A stretch of DNA of 64,000 nucleotides, from assembly GCF_006345805.1 (NCBI RefSeq), contig NC_042998.1:58838001-58902000 (forward strand), written 5' to 3'. The notes beneath the pieces are model-generated. The model worked only from the letters and a program-made list of their open reading frames with translations, ran no database searches and was not told the origin of the DNA. Each line of letters begins with the position of its first letter. Within the stretch, counting starts at the first letter, position 1. A program made the translations under genes and the position numbers. Of this stretch, positions 12,279-25,736 are shown piece by piece. The DNA is from Octopus sinensis. Its lineage: Eukaryota.

Positions 12279-12405
12279 GGGCTTCTTTCAGTCTACCAAA
12301 TCCACTCAAAAGGCTTTGGTCGGCCCGAGGCTATAGTAGAAGACACTTGCCAAAGGTGCCACGCAGTGGGAATGAATCTGGAACCAGATGTGGTGGTATA
12401 AGCTA
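12279..12405 (-). mobile_element. SINE-B head abutting the Penelope relic
   Basis: gggcttctttcagt..ggcccgaggctatagtagaagacacttgcc..ggtgccacgcagtggga. Confidence 0.8.
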
Positions 12406-12939
12406 GGGAAATGACACATGCATAAATAGAACGTTTATCACACACACACACACACAAAGCGACATACATACCACCACCACCACCATGTTCATTCTCTTTT
12501 CTCCACCATCATGTTTATCCTAGTGAGCAGGAAAAATAGAGAAAGGAAATGGCACTAAAAGAAGTAAACGAAGAAACAAATCATGTGAAGATGAAGTTGT
12601 CAAAATGGCACGGGAGTTATGAGGGTAATGTGTACTCAGGGAGTTATTTCGTTTGAAGCAGAGTCCCAGTTGGATACTCGGATATCGACTATAGCATTAA
12701 TACTGCAAGGAAAGAGGAGGGGGAAGTGGAAGAGGTGGAGGAGGAGGATAAGGGGCAGCTGGTAGTGGGGAATGAAAGGGTTGGAATCTGTAATCTATTG
12801 CTATCGGCTCTTACAGGTTTCTGTTGTTTGTGTGTTGTTGTTTGGTTGTTGACGAAGGTGATGATTTTCGTGAGAACAATGATGGTGGTAGCGGTGGCGA
12901 TAGTGCTGATGCGAGAGGCGACCGTGATACTGCTGCTAA

Positions 12940-13030
12940 TATTGATGATGATGATGATGGTGATGATGATTAATATGATGGTAGTGATTGATGATAATGA
13001 TGATGATGGTGAAGATGATGACGAGGATAG

Positions 13031-13089
<59 letters not shown>

Positions 13090-13380
13090 GTGTTGATGAT
13101 GATGAAGATGATGATAGTAATGAAGTTGAGAATGATGATGTTGATGAGAATAATGGAGGTGACGGTTGTGGTGGTGGTGGTGTTGGTGTTTTAGTGACGA
13201 TGGATATTTACGATCTTGAGGAAGATGGCAATGGCGGTAGGGGTTTCGGTCTCGGTCATAAGATTACAATGGAGATAATGATGGTGATGATGGTGATGAT
13301 GATGATGATGAAGATGATGAAGAAGAAGAAGAAGAAGAAGAAGAAGAAGAAGAAGAAGAAGAAGAAGAAGAAGAAGGAAA
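12940..13380. repeat. (GAT)n/(GGT)n/(AAG)n triplet block
   Basis: Direct reading; produces the spurious 246-aa poly-D/poly-K ORF. Confidence 0.9.
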
Positions 13381-13505
13381 GAAAGGATTCTGCTGACAAG
13401 CTTAAGTGCTTGAGTTGGAAAGTGTTTGACAGATTTCATCCGAATAACCCCAGCACAGGCATATAACGAACTAAAATTACAACCACACACGCACGCACGC
13501 ACGCA

Positions 13506-13549
<44 letters not shown>

Positions 13550-13588
13550 ACATGTACACATACACACACACACACACACACACAGGCG

Positions 13589-13625
<37 letters not shown>

Positions 13626-13877
13626 GCCAACACACGTAAACACATATACTGAAAAAGAAATCTATCAGATCATTTATGTCAATACGCACTAGACACATTC
13701 ATGTTAAACGTGTGTCCGGGTCTTATATTATTGACATATACGTCGTTTGAACATAGAAGAACATGACTGACGGAATTTTAGCTATGCACTTCACATTCTG
13801 AGTTCATAATTTGCGGAGGTCGACCTAACTTTTTCTTGTTTTAGTCTTGATAAAATAGACACAAGTGAAATTTTGAT

Positions 13878-13967
<90 letters not shown>

Positions 13968-14043
13968 TGAGAGAGAGTGATATAATCAACTCCTCAAATA
14001 TATGACTTCGTGTTTGTATGTCTAATCTGTAAGGGCCAACCAG

Positions 14044-14320
14044 GAGCCCATACATGTTCAGATCAGACGAAGGAAATGGAGATGGATCGGACGCACTGCG
14101 GAAAGAACCCTTAAATGCGACACGATAAGTACCTGACAGGAACCCGCAGGGGAAAAGGAAGCGAAGACGCCCGAGGCAGACATGGAAGCAGAGCATTTTG
14201 GACGCACTCAGAACCACCGGCCTGACATGGGAAGCAGCCAAGAAACACGCCAATGACCGCAAACAGTGGAAAACAACTGCTGAGGCACCTATGCTCCACA
14301 AGGAGCAAAAAGGATTAAGA
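14044..14320 (+). mobile_element. RTE-clade LINE 3-prime end relic
   Basis: IRRRKWRWIG..NPQGKRKRRRPRQTWK..GLTWEAAKKHANDRKQWK, a typical RTE ORF C-terminus. Confidence 0.8.
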
Positions 14321-14434
14321 AGTGTGTGTATGTATGTCATTATTCAATTTTTTTCAAGATTTCTTGCCAATAGAGAAAGAACCTAGATCCAAGGCTCCTT
14401 CATTGGAATTTCGACATGAACAACAGGGTATTTT

Positions 14435-14966
14435 TGTATGTATGTATGTATGTATGTATGTATGTATGTATGTATGTATGCATGTATGTATGTATGCATG
14501 TATGTATGTATGTATGTATGCATGTATGTATGTATGCATGTAGTATGTATGTATGATGTATGTATGTATGTATTATGTATGTATGTATGTATGTATGTAT
14601 GTATGTATGTGTGTGTGTATGTATGTATGTATGTATGTATGTATGTATATGTATGTATGTATGCATGTTGTATGTATGTATGTAGTATGTATGTATGTAT
14701 GTATGTATGTTGTATGTATGTATGTATGTATGTATGTATGTGTGTATGTATGTATGTATGCATGTATGTATGTATGCATGTATGCATGTATGTATGTATG
14801 TAGTATGTATGTATGTAGTATGTATGTATGTATGTATGCATGTATGTATGTATGCATGTATCATGTATGTATGTATGTATGTATGTATGTATGTATGATG
14901 TATGTATGTATGTATGTATGTATGTATGTATGTATGTATGTAGTATGTATGTAGTATGTATGTATG
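14435..14966. repeat. About 530-bp degenerate (TATG)n array
   Basis: Direct reading; abuts the 3-prime end of the LINE at 14967. Confidence 0.95.
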
Positions 14967-15570
14967 TGCAGATTGTATGTTTTCTGTATGTATTTTCATG
15001 CATATAGTTGCATATCTAGACATGCTCATATATATTTGAATGATAAACTTTTGGAAAGTTTTACACATTTTACAGTTTCTCTTCTCTATTCCAAATGATT
15101 ATATCAGGTTTGTTGTGCTTGTAGTTTATTGAGGTCTTCACTGATGCATTACACCAGTATTCCTTTTTATTATGAGTGGCTATGGCTTCTACCATATTAT
15201 TCTTTGTCCTCGGGATTATCCTTATAGTATGTCCTAGCCACAAAGTCATGTCTCATCGGTAGATAATACCGTGATGACATTTTCTGACAACTGCTTATGA
15301 TGTGAGTGGTATCTTCAGCGTGACCTCTACAAAGTCTGCATCGGTTGTCACATTTTCCTGCATCTCTATTCCTTTTGTGCATCAGGTACTTGGTTGATAT
15401 TTCCTGTTCCTGGATTGCAAACGCATACCCTTCAAAGTGGGAGGTAGTAATCCGGCTTTTGGTCCGTGATAAACTGCTTTAATGAGCGATGTTATTCTCA
15501 TCACGGAACTTTCTTCTAACATATCCATGCATAATCTTCTGCTCATATAGGCTCATCTTTTCATCTGATG
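14967..15570 (-). mobile_element. RLE-type (R4/Dong-like) LINE family B, short copy with an internal deletion
   Basis: TTSHFEGYAFAIQEQ..CRLCRGHAEDTTHIISSC (CCHC knuckle)..NKPD; homologous to 51067-51950; (TATG)n on both sides. Confidence 0.85.
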
Positions 15571-15645
15571 TGTGTATGTATGTATTATGTACTTATGTAT
15601 GTATGTGTGTATGTATGTATGTATGTATGTATGTATGTATGTATG

Positions 15646-15677
<32 letters not shown>

Positions 15678-15784
15678 CGTACGTACGTACGTACGTATGT
15701 ATGTATGTATGTATGTTGTATGTATGTATGTATGTATGTATGTGTATGTATGTATGTGTGTGCATGTGTGTGTATGTGACTTCA

Positions 15785-15905
15785 TGGTAGTACTTATGCC
15801 TCTTTTTAGGTTTACACCGATAGCGTTTCCCCTCTGTAAGCTTACCATAAAACAGCGGTTTGAGTGTGTGTTCATCCGCCATTCGAACAATATGGCAAGA
15901 CCATC
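15785..15905 (-). mobile_element. RTE/BovB-like LINE fragment
   Basis: WSCHIVRMADEHTLKPLFYGKLTEGKRYRCKPKKR, like the RTE W.GHV.RM..LLYG.L..GKR..GRP motif. Confidence 0.7.
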
Positions 15906-15907
15906 TT

Positions 15908-16413
15908 TGATTGGAAGTGTTATCATGTACCTTGTTTTGTCTTGGTATAAAAGATGGGCTACAGCACATCTTCTGCTCAATACCACAGATTTGCTTGTCA
16001 GTTGTTTGACCTTAACCAGTTGACCATGTCCCTTAATGGCGGACGATACGTGCATCTCTGATTACGAGCAGAAGTAGTGAGGGGGCATCATGGCCATGTG
16101 TTGAGAGGAATTCTTTGGGGTTTGGATAATTCACCTTCGGAAACATAGGCGTTTCGTTCAATATTCTTAAACAATCCTTATTCAGGGACCTTTTGAGTTG
16201 GATGGTCTGCTCGACCAGAAGAAAATTCTAATTGGTTCCCACCTGCAAGGTCATGCGCTGTTAATCTTGATATGCGATCACCATGTCACGCACATATGGC
16301 TGTGATGTATGAGCCTTGTGTGCCCTTATCAGACAGGTAGTCACGATAGGTATACTGGGCTTTGTATATTTTACACCAGTGTCACTTTGATGGCATGCAC
16401 TGCTCTCTCACTC
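15908..16413 (+). mobile_element. About 500-bp non-coding element anchored 3-prime on (AAT)n, copy 1
   Basis: Similar along its length to 44392-44924 and 45018-45513; ends gcactgctctctcactc|aataat. Confidence 0.85.
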
Positions 16414-16422
16414 AATAATAAT

Positions 16423-16458
<36 letters not shown>

Positions 16459-16475
16459 TAATAATAATAATAATA

Positions 16476-16544
<69 letters not shown>

Positions 16545-17433
16545 TAAAGTACCAATGAAATACTGAAGTATATGAGATCGAAAAAATTCTTCTCTATGAA
16601 AATTTTTGGCCTTGTGCCAAAATTTGACGTAGTTACTATTATTACTTTCACTGTTGTTATTCCGAAGGCAATCTTTAGATTCGTCCGAATATTTTTTTAT
16701 CAATATATGGCGTCATCTTTTTAAATTAAGAAAATTTATCAATAGTTAAGTTTGTTTTAATATTTAATGCGGGGAACATTCTCAAGTAATTATTATGGAG
16801 AGAAAATAATTATCCAATAGAAATAATTGTGCAGTGCAAAGATACCCCGACAAAATATGATTACTCAATGACTATATTTTGATTAGTTTGGTGCGCACGG
16901 GAGGCAAATGTGAATGTGTTTCAATCATATGAGGACCTCATCAGCAATGCATAGATTGCACTATACTTGCCAAAGTAATGATGGATAAAGTATTAAGCAG
17001 ATGGTTATGAATGTACCTAATTGCCGAACAAAGTACTACAAGAGGAAAAAATATTGCTGGTAAAATGTCAACCATCACGACTGAATATAACTCCATTAAA
17101 ATATTTATGAGAGTTATTCTTTTGTTATTTAGAATTACTTTTTATGCATTGTCTGAGCCTAGACTGTTCTTGATATTCTATTATGACGTTTAAAAAAAAT
17201 GAATGTTTTTTAAAATTTATTCTACGGCGTCTAGATAATGTTAAGAAACCTCTCGAAAGGAGAACCCTAAAACATTGCCAGCGTGACAATAATACTATTA
17301 ACAGCACTTGTTTCAAGTTCCATTCAATTCATCTAGCTGCTTGAAACCAGTGCCAGAAGCTCTACTAGAATTTTAAGAATGATCGGGAAGGTGGGAGAGA
17401 GAAGATTTGTTTTTCTCCTTTCCATCATTTCAG

Positions 17434-17529
17434 AAATAGCAATCACAATGAACAACCAATCCTATGAACGATTTTTCATGAATCCTATGCGATTTTTCGT
17501 GAATTATTTTGATAATGACTTAGGGGAAG
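17434..17529 (+). CDS. Isolated candidate exon (96 nt, phase 1-1) of an unidentified gene: (E)IAITMNNQSYERFFMNPMRFFVNYFDNDLGE(G)
   Basis: Acceptor tttgtttttctcctttccatcatttcag, donor AAG|gtaaga, only one open frame, no repeat recognised in flanks; no homology recognised. Confidence 0.5.
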
Positions 17530-18103
17530 GTAAGATAGTGCTCATAGCTATTTTCGAAATCTCTGAAACTTGTGGGAGGAACGGAGAATGTTATTTTCAA
17601 ACTGATGAATTGTTTCGAATGACTTTAACGGAATAGATTTCGCTTGAGTGTCGTAAGGGTAGCCAAGCACCAGTTGGATTCAGTCTACCACCCAAGAACT
17701 GAAACGATCTCTTAAACATTGAAGCGTTCTTAGATTCAGTAACATATGAGTTTTTTTAATGAAAATATGTGCTTATACCTTCACTGGGCCCTTTTTCGTT
17801 TCTGGAAAACTGGCTGCAGCCAACTTCGAGAAGGAGAAGCAGAGGGAGATAAAGATAGATAGATAAAGAGAAAGAGAGAAAGAGAGAGAGAGAGAAAGAA
17901 AGAGAGAGGGTGAGAGAGAGGGAGAGAAGAGCCGACCAGCGTGCATACTAGTATTATATTTATCGATATCGAAAGGATGAAAATAGAGTTGCATACGCAG
18001 TGTACGCAACTCTAACAACTCTGCCAGTTAACTGGCGTCAATCAAAATTAAGATGTTTGGCTCTCCCAAGAAATGGTTACAACATCGAAAACTATAGGCT
18101 CTC

Positions 18104-18186
18104 CTGGGTGGATACACAAGTCGGCTATACACAACTCTGGGTAGATACACAACTCTGGGTGGATACACAACTCGTCGTATATACAA
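18104..18186. repeat. Minisatellite, about 18-bp unit ctctgggtggatacacaa, 5 degenerate copies
   Basis: Direct reading. Confidence 0.8.
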
Positions 18187-18954
18187 CCAAGCAGAAAAAT
18201 GTCCCTCAAATCACACCTTATTGTAAAAAAAGAGGAAAATACATTGGTTACTGAAATTCATGAAATATATCGGTAATATATATACGGAAGTGTTGAAATG
18301 CATTTTATCTTTGGTCTGCTCAGTTAGGACTAACCGATGGCTAAGACATAGCAGCAATATTTCTCAGTAAAAAGCGAATGGAGAGTACACATGACTGCTG
18401 TTTCTTTACACAAAGTTTCTGCTCCAAAGCGTATCCACAATAAACACAGTTTCAACATTCTTAATTAAGACACTGCAACGATAGAAAGAATGTTCGAAAC
18501 CCATCTACCAGTACCTTCAATATCAGACTCTTTCATGTCATCGTGTGAGTCTTAGTAGATCAAAATTGATATTTATGTCAGAACAAGAGAACGGACATAT
18601 TAGCTTTTCAGAATTTTATGTTTCATTTCAACGTTTTAATCTTGCGAAGATTGAAAACCAGTGTCCGTATTCTTGCACATTATTAAAGTTAATTAAATAA
18701 TGGTAATTGGAAAGAGATGAAAGAGGAACAAATGATGCTGTCTAAGAAACGATTTATGAAACTGAAGATAATGAATGACCATTTAAATTGAAGATCAGAC
18801 AAATGGAGATTAAAACACTTTTATACAGATAGCTTAATATATCATTTGAAACATGTCCAAAAACTATTTTACCCGGCTGGCTGGTTCAACTAAATGAAAG
18901 CTGTTAGCAATATTTGATAGTGCTAAGAGGCACCCATCACCTCGTCGGTTTCGA

Positions 18955-19245
18955 ATACGAGGGTTCCAGTTGATCCGATCAACGGAACAGCCTGATTGTG
19001 AAATTAACGTGCAAGTGGCTGAGCACTCCACAGACACAGGTACCCTTAATATAGTTCTTAAGAAGATTCAGCGTGCCACAGAATGTGACAGGTCTAGTGT
19101 TTTTGAATTACAGGTACAGCTCATTTTTTGCCAGCTAAAGGGACTGGAGCAACGTGAAATAAAGTATCTAGCCCAAGGACACAACGCGCGGCCGAGAATC
19201 GAACTCACGACCTTATGACCGTGAACCCAATACCCTAACCACTAG
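18955..19245 (-). mobile_element. tRNA-derived SINE family D
   Basis: Minus strand ctagtggttaggg (A box), gagttcgattctc (B box), then gtgtccttggg..ttgctccagtcc core. Confidence 0.75.
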
Positions 19246-20084
19246 AAATAATACAACGATAAAAGCAAGGACAGAAAAAGAGAAGAATCGGTCCCAGAAC
19301 TGGATTAGTACCTTAATAAGCGACACTGAAAGTACAAAAAGCAAAAATGACTTCGCAAAATTTGAACTCAGAAAGCAGAGAAACAAAATAAAGTGTTGTG
19401 AGATATTTCATCCGACATTTTGTCATTTTGCAAAGAAACAATATAATGTGATAGTCATGGTTACTTTAATTGTAGTTGCTTTGTTATTTAGTCCCATTCA
19501 ACCTTCCTTGAGAAGATAGATTCTCAAATGAATTTCCGCTACTGAGTTTAAGACTTCGTTATCCAATATTTCTTTCTCGTTTATAACCGGATGGGTACCA
19601 TTTGAAGGAGATTTGGCTGTGATATACAGCAGATCGAGCGACAACGTAGAGGCATCCGTCTTTGGTTCGTATTTTGATTTTTTTTTTGTAGGAGGAGTGA
19701 ACTTTATTGGGAGAGATGTGTTAAAGAGCACAGTTGACCTAAGCCTGATTTGAACTCACAAGTTAAACGTAGGTAATCGCATACTGTTTGTTGCTCTACC
19801 GATTCTGCCTTCAACATAATCCCGAGGCTCCACACTTTGGAGATTTAAACTTAAGAATTTAAAGGAACATAATCTTATACAGCAAGACAATTTATCGCCA
19901 GGCTTCCATTTCACGCAACCACCGCTCTTGCTATAATCGTCTAACAAATGTTTGAAGTCGTAAACTGGAGTAAAATGTTTGCTCGATTATACTGATCCTA
20001 GGAGAATGAAAGTGAAATCCTTGATAGGATTTGAACTAGTAATCTTAAAGTGACGTACCCTACATCCAGGGTACATTTTTTAAA

Positions 20085-20250
20085 AGTATCCTATTTTAGA
20101 AGTTATTTCGTGTTAAAGTTATCGTATTTGGGTAATTTCAACCAATCAACGACGTGTGTTCGGTTGAAGAAAGCTACTGCTGTTCGCAGTGGTAATCGAA
20201 GAGGAGCAACTTCCAGGTTATCTCTACTAAATGTCACCATTTTGTTCTAT
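20085..20250 (+). repeat. Dispersed repeat (family F); second copy about 23140-23275
   Basis: Shared gtatttgggtaatttcaaccaatcaacg..cggttgaagaaagctact..tctctactaaatg. Confidence 0.7.
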
Positions 20251-20819
20251 TCGCCACCTTTATCCTTCCTTCCTTTCTTGTCAGCACCGTGCATTCCTAA
20301 CTCTTTCCCTCCCTCTATTCGTTACCTTTATCCTTCCATCCTTTCTAGTCAACACCGTGCATTCTTTACCCTTATACACTATCAACTAGCAACCAGCAAG
20401 CGAACTTGTCACTGTCACTACAATTACCGTATTTTCCGGTGTATAAACCGCTATTTGTTTTGTTTTACCTTCAAGTTTCGATAATGTGCTTGTACTAAAA
20501 TTTGAAATCAATATTGAGAAGGCTTGAAAGTTATCGTAATATCGCAATATCACTTTCAACATTTCAATATCTCTCCATCCACATCCATTACAAAAACGGA
20601 TTTCGTAGGGTCAGAAATTCTACAAAACTTTATCTCGCTGCAATTAACACAAGCAAAGCATCCGACTTACGATTTTGGGGCCAACGCTTTCTACTATCGC
20701 ACCATCATAGCATGTGATACTGTATTCACTCTGAACTACGGCCGTGTTAGTAGCATTATAGGTTTTCCCCGAGTAAATCAATGCGTTGGGCCCATTAACA
20801 TATATTCATTGATAAAACA

Positions 20820-21030
20820 GCGAACTGGTAGAATCGTTAGCATGCTGGGAAAAATGCTTAACACAATTTCGTCCGTCTTTACGTTCTAAGTTCTAATTCC
20901 TCCGAGGTCAATTTTGCCTTTCATCCCCTCAGGGTCGATAAAATAAGTATCGGTTGAACACTGGAATGGATGTAATCGACTTAACCCCGCCCCCCGAAAT
21001 AGCTGCCCTTTTGCAAAAATAATAGAAATC
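20820..21030 (+). mobile_element. SINE-A copy with the alternative tail
   Basis: gaatcgttagc..ttctaagttctaattcc..ttgcctttcatcc..gatgtaatcgactta. Confidence 0.8.
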
Positions 21031-21313
21031 AATATATATTCATTGACAGTAAGTCACAGCATACATAGATAAGAATTGAGCCCCAGATCTATAAGGTTCC
21101 CGGGCCTTAAGTCGGCACAGCCCTAGCCCACATTTCATCAACTACTTTGTTATCCGAGGCTCTGTACGACGCCCAATCTCTTTTCATACGCCGTATCGTT
21201 ATTTCTTGTATCATCTTTGACAGTGCTCAATCCTATGTGCATGATGCCTCACTTCACTTCAACTTAATCTTCTGGTTAAAAACGTCATCCACATGTAGCT
21301 TAATCAACTAACG

Positions 21314-21735
21314 GGATCTTTTCGGTTTGAACGGCAGTTTTTTTCTTGCGGTGTCATATGAAATTGTCACCCATAAGTATGACCCTAGTATCGATCTATT
21401 GCATTTCAATCTGTTTTAGGGTTAGGGTTAGGGTTAGAGGTGGGGGAAGGGTATATTTTTTCTTCACAAATGTAAATAAACCCAATCTGTTTCTTAAACG
21501 AGGGTCATATTCATACGGCACAGAATGTTTTTTACCTCAATAGATGTCACTGATTGGTTGAAATTGTAGAAATTGAAGAAAAAAAACAACAAATATCTTA
21601 CAAACTATAGAATTTTCTCAATAAAGCCAAGAGAAAATGATGTTTTATAAACACATTCTACCAGTATACGAAGTTTTAACTTTTTTAGTTACCTAGAAAT
21701 TATGTTAAAAACTGCCGTTCAAACCGAAAAGATCC
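21314..21735. mobile_element. 422-bp MITE with perfect 29-bp TIRs and 8-bp TSD (GG termini, possibly Merlin-type)
   Basis: TIR ggatcttttcggtttgaacggcagttttt at 21314 and its reverse complement ending 21735; TSD aactaacg at 21306-21313 and 21736-21743. Confidence 0.92.
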
Positions 21736-22178
21736 AACTAACGTCAGTTATCCACAAAGTGAATAGGGACCGGGAAAATATTGTCTAATGACTTCGACGC
21801 GAGAGTCGTGTCTCCTTCCACTAATACGAAAACATGATCATTGTTTATATCAAAGAAACGATCATTTTATTTCACCCTCTCTACTTTTGGTGAACACAAA
21901 TAGAAAGCTATTCTACTTATTCAGAAAAGTGAAACATAGAGTGCTGCATGTTGTACTTAAAATATTTCCTTTTAGCACTACAGTTTAATCTACTCCTCCT
22001 CATCAGCAGAAGATAATTATTATTTCTTAATTAGGCTCAACGAAACACATTTAAAAGGAAGTGGAATTGGATTATTTGCCATTCATGCCTACTTCAAAGG
22101 CACCTCCTCAAAATTGCTGACCTTGTACCAAAATTAGAAAGAATATTATTTACTTCCAATATCTGTTACTGCTGCCTG

Positions 22179-22220
<42 letters not shown>

Positions 22221-22232
22221 TCTCTCTCTTTG

Positions 22233-22273
<41 letters not shown>

Positions 22274-23438
22274 TTTCCCCCTTCTCTCCTTTCTCTGTTT
22301 TATCGCATACGCATAAACAAACTAGTAATCCTTCATTCACACACGAATATATTATCTCCCCCTCTCTCCCCTCGCTTTCTCTTCCTCTGTAACAGTTAGA
22401 TGCATTGCTATAACGCAATTCCACGAATTATGTATGCGGCTCTGCGACACAGGCCAACGTTGACCCATCACATCGATCAATAGCCATTTTTGTAAATCTA
22501 GAATTATGTAAAATTTCAGATTTTTGCTTGTCCAATATGTGACTTGACCCCAAAACCGTGCATTAAAACTGAAGAAATTACATTGTAAAAAGGCTATTCT
22601 TAGCTTTTTTTTTCTTTAATGCGAAATTCACTTTTCATTTATTCCTTGAGGTGTTGAAATTTTCATCGCACAATTGCGATTTGTTCACTGACAAAAATTT
22701 CCGTAATCGCCAGTTCTTATAGGCCTCGGGGTTACAACTGATTGGCTTTGTCCCATTGACATTTCACATCGATAATAACTTTTGAGGATTGATTCTATTG
22801 TCTGTTTACATTTTTTAAAAGTATAACTTTATCACTCCACTATTTTACACCTTTATATTTTCTGTCTATTCTTGGAAGTTAGATTTGAATTAATGCAAAC
22901 CGCGTTCGCTATGTATAAGCATAAGATGTTTAGTAGATATCTATAGAAAAATAGCTCTTGATATGTAAATTTAACCTTTAAGGCGGCGAGCTAGCAGAAT
23001 CGTTAGTACTCTAGGTAAAATGATGGATCTATTCCATCTCAATCACAGATTTTTTAAATTAATCTTTTTTAACTTAACAGTTTGAATACGGGTAGAATTT
23101 CTCACGTAGAACACAGTTTATTCTGAACATTTTTGGCAAAATTTCCTATTTTAGAAGTAATTTCGTGTTGAAATTGTATTTGGGTAATTTCAACCAATCA
23201 ACGGCGTATACTCGGTTGAAGAAAGCTACTTCCGGGTCATCTCTACTAAATGACATCACTCTGTTCGAAGAATCAACACCATAGAGCAACGATTTTGCAG
23301 CTCGCTTTTTTGTTGTTGACGTATATGTAGTTTCAAAATGCCTTATTTTACAACTATGAGATGTATTGTTATTGTCAAGATTTTATCTTACTATAATCAA
23401 CAGCAAACATATTTCGTCAATATAAAAGTCTTTATTAA

Positions 23439-23872
23439 GGCGGCGAGCTGGCAGAAATGTTAGCACGCTGAGCGAAATGCGTAGCCGTATTTCGCCTGCC
23501 GTTACGTTCTGAGTTCAAATTCTGCCGAGGTCGACTTTGCCTTTCATCCTTTCGGAGTCGATAAATTAACTACCAGTTACGTACTGGGGTCGATGTAATC
23601 GACTTAATCCCTTTGTCTGTCCTTGTTTGTCCTCTCTATGTCTAGCCCCTTGTGGGTAATAGAGAAATAAGAAACGTTAGCACGCTGGGTGAAATGCTTG
23701 GCGGCATTTCGCCTGTTTTCACTTGCTGAGTTGAAGTTTCATGAAAGTCAACATTGCCTTTTATCCATTCGAGGCTGACAAATACGTATTATTTGAACAC
23801 TAGAGTCGATCTAAACGACTTAGCCCTTCCCTTGAAATTGCAAGACTTGTGCCAAAATTTAAAACCAATATT
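23439..23872 (+). mobile_element. SINE-A dimer
   Basis: Full head ggcggcgagctggcagaa; second unit restarts at agaaacgttagc (23670) and ends in the alternative tail. Confidence 0.88.
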
Positions 23873-24197
23873 ATTAACGACAATCAAAATCCAAAACTCG
23901 ATTGACAACTGATTTAAAGACATCTCAATCATTCCTTGATTCTATAATTCTTTATATTGCTCCACCCATCCCTGTAGTCCATTGCTTTTACGCCGTTAAG
24001 AATATTGGTTTCAAATTCTGGCACCAAGCCCGCAATTTCGAGAGAGGAGCTATATCGATTAGCTCGATTCTAGTGCTCAAATAGTACTTAAATTAATCGG
24101 CCCCGAAACAATGAAAGGCAAAGTAAAGCTCAGCGGAATTCGAACCCAGAACGTGCTAACGATTCTGGTAGCTCCGTGTCTTACACAGTAAATAATA

Positions 24198-24813
24198 CTC
24201 TCTTCAACTCTAGGCACAAGGCCTAAAATTTAAGGGGAGGGGGCCAGTCGATTAGATCGACCTCTAGTACTCAACTGGTACTTAATTTATCGACTCCGGA
24301 AAGGATGAAAGACAAAGTCGACCTCGTCGGAATTTGAACTCAGAACGTAAAAGTAGACGAAAAACCGCTAAGCATTTCGCCTCGCGTGCTAACGTTTCTT
24401 ATTTCTTTACCACCCACAAGGGGCTAAACATAGAGGGGACAAACAAGGACAGACAAAGAGATTAAGTCGATTACATCGACCCCAGTGCGTAATTAGGACT
24501 TAATTTATCGACCCCGGAAGGATGAAAGGCAAAGTCGAACTCGGAGGAATTTGAACTCAGAATGTAATGGCAGACGAAATACCTATTTCTTTACTACCCA
24601 TAAGGGGCTAAACATAGAGTGGACAAACAAGGACAGACAAAGGATTAAGTCGATTACATCGACCCCAGTGCGTAACTGGTAGTTAATTTATCGACCCTGA
24701 AAGGATGAAAGGTAAAGTCGACCTCGGCGGAATTTGAACTCAGAACGTAACGGTAGACAGAATGCTGCTAAAAATTTCGCCCTGCGTGCTAACGTTTCTG
24801 CCAACTCGTCGCC
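24198..24813 (-). mobile_element. SINE-A trimer with an imperfect TSD; a further degenerate copy at about 24030-24175
   Basis: Junctions at 24399/24400 and 24582/24583; flanks acacagtaaataata (24183) and acacagttaataata (24817). Confidence 0.88.
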
Positions 24814-25285
24814 TTAACACAGTTAATAATATTGAGAAGGCTTAAGTTAGACAGTAATCTTTCAGCAAATCGACTCTACATCGTGGTTTTAGATTCCAAA
24901 CTGGAAAAATAAATGCGCATAGTGCCACTTAACGTTAAAAAGGTTAAGAGCATCCCAGTTCCTCATTTATTCTCCTATCAACATTTCACGCATCGTATCT
25001 GTATCAGAAATCATTACATCCTATTGACTGCTGATAAAGCATTTTTGAAGTGGAGAGATTCAGCTATTTTGACTAAAGTATTAAACAGTTCAAACAAATG
25101 CTGATATATGCTTACTTGTAAGGACACTTATCACTTTAGAATTGTAAATTTTTGATAATTCGCCTTTAGAGTGTCATACTGTAATAGTAATTGGTTGATG
25201 AAAGAACTGTTTGTTTTTTGTATACTTACACATACATATGTATTTTTGTATACATACGCACACACACATGTGTATACATATATAT

Positions 25286-25328
<43 letters not shown>

Positions 25329-25511
25329 ACGCACACACATATACATACACGCACACATACACATTCATACATACTGTTTCCAATAAATTATATTTTTCGT
25401 TTTGATAGCTTATATTAGGTCTCTGCTATTTCAGCCAATTAAGTGGGTGTTATTGGCCAAATTAGCAATTCTGTATTCATTAGCTGTATATTATGTATGC
25501 ATGTATGTATG

Positions 25512-25545
<34 letters not shown>

Positions 25546-25580
25546 TGTATGTATGTATGTATGTATGTATGTGTGTAAGA

Positions 25581-25736
<156 letters not shown>

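Noticed and set aside
12726-13466. 246-aa acidic/basic ORF
   Set aside because: Made of (GAT)n and (AAG)n runs with no domain or splice support
18104-18186. Short repeats resembling a CRISPR array
   Set aside because: Adjacent units without unique spacers, eukaryotic context, no cas genes
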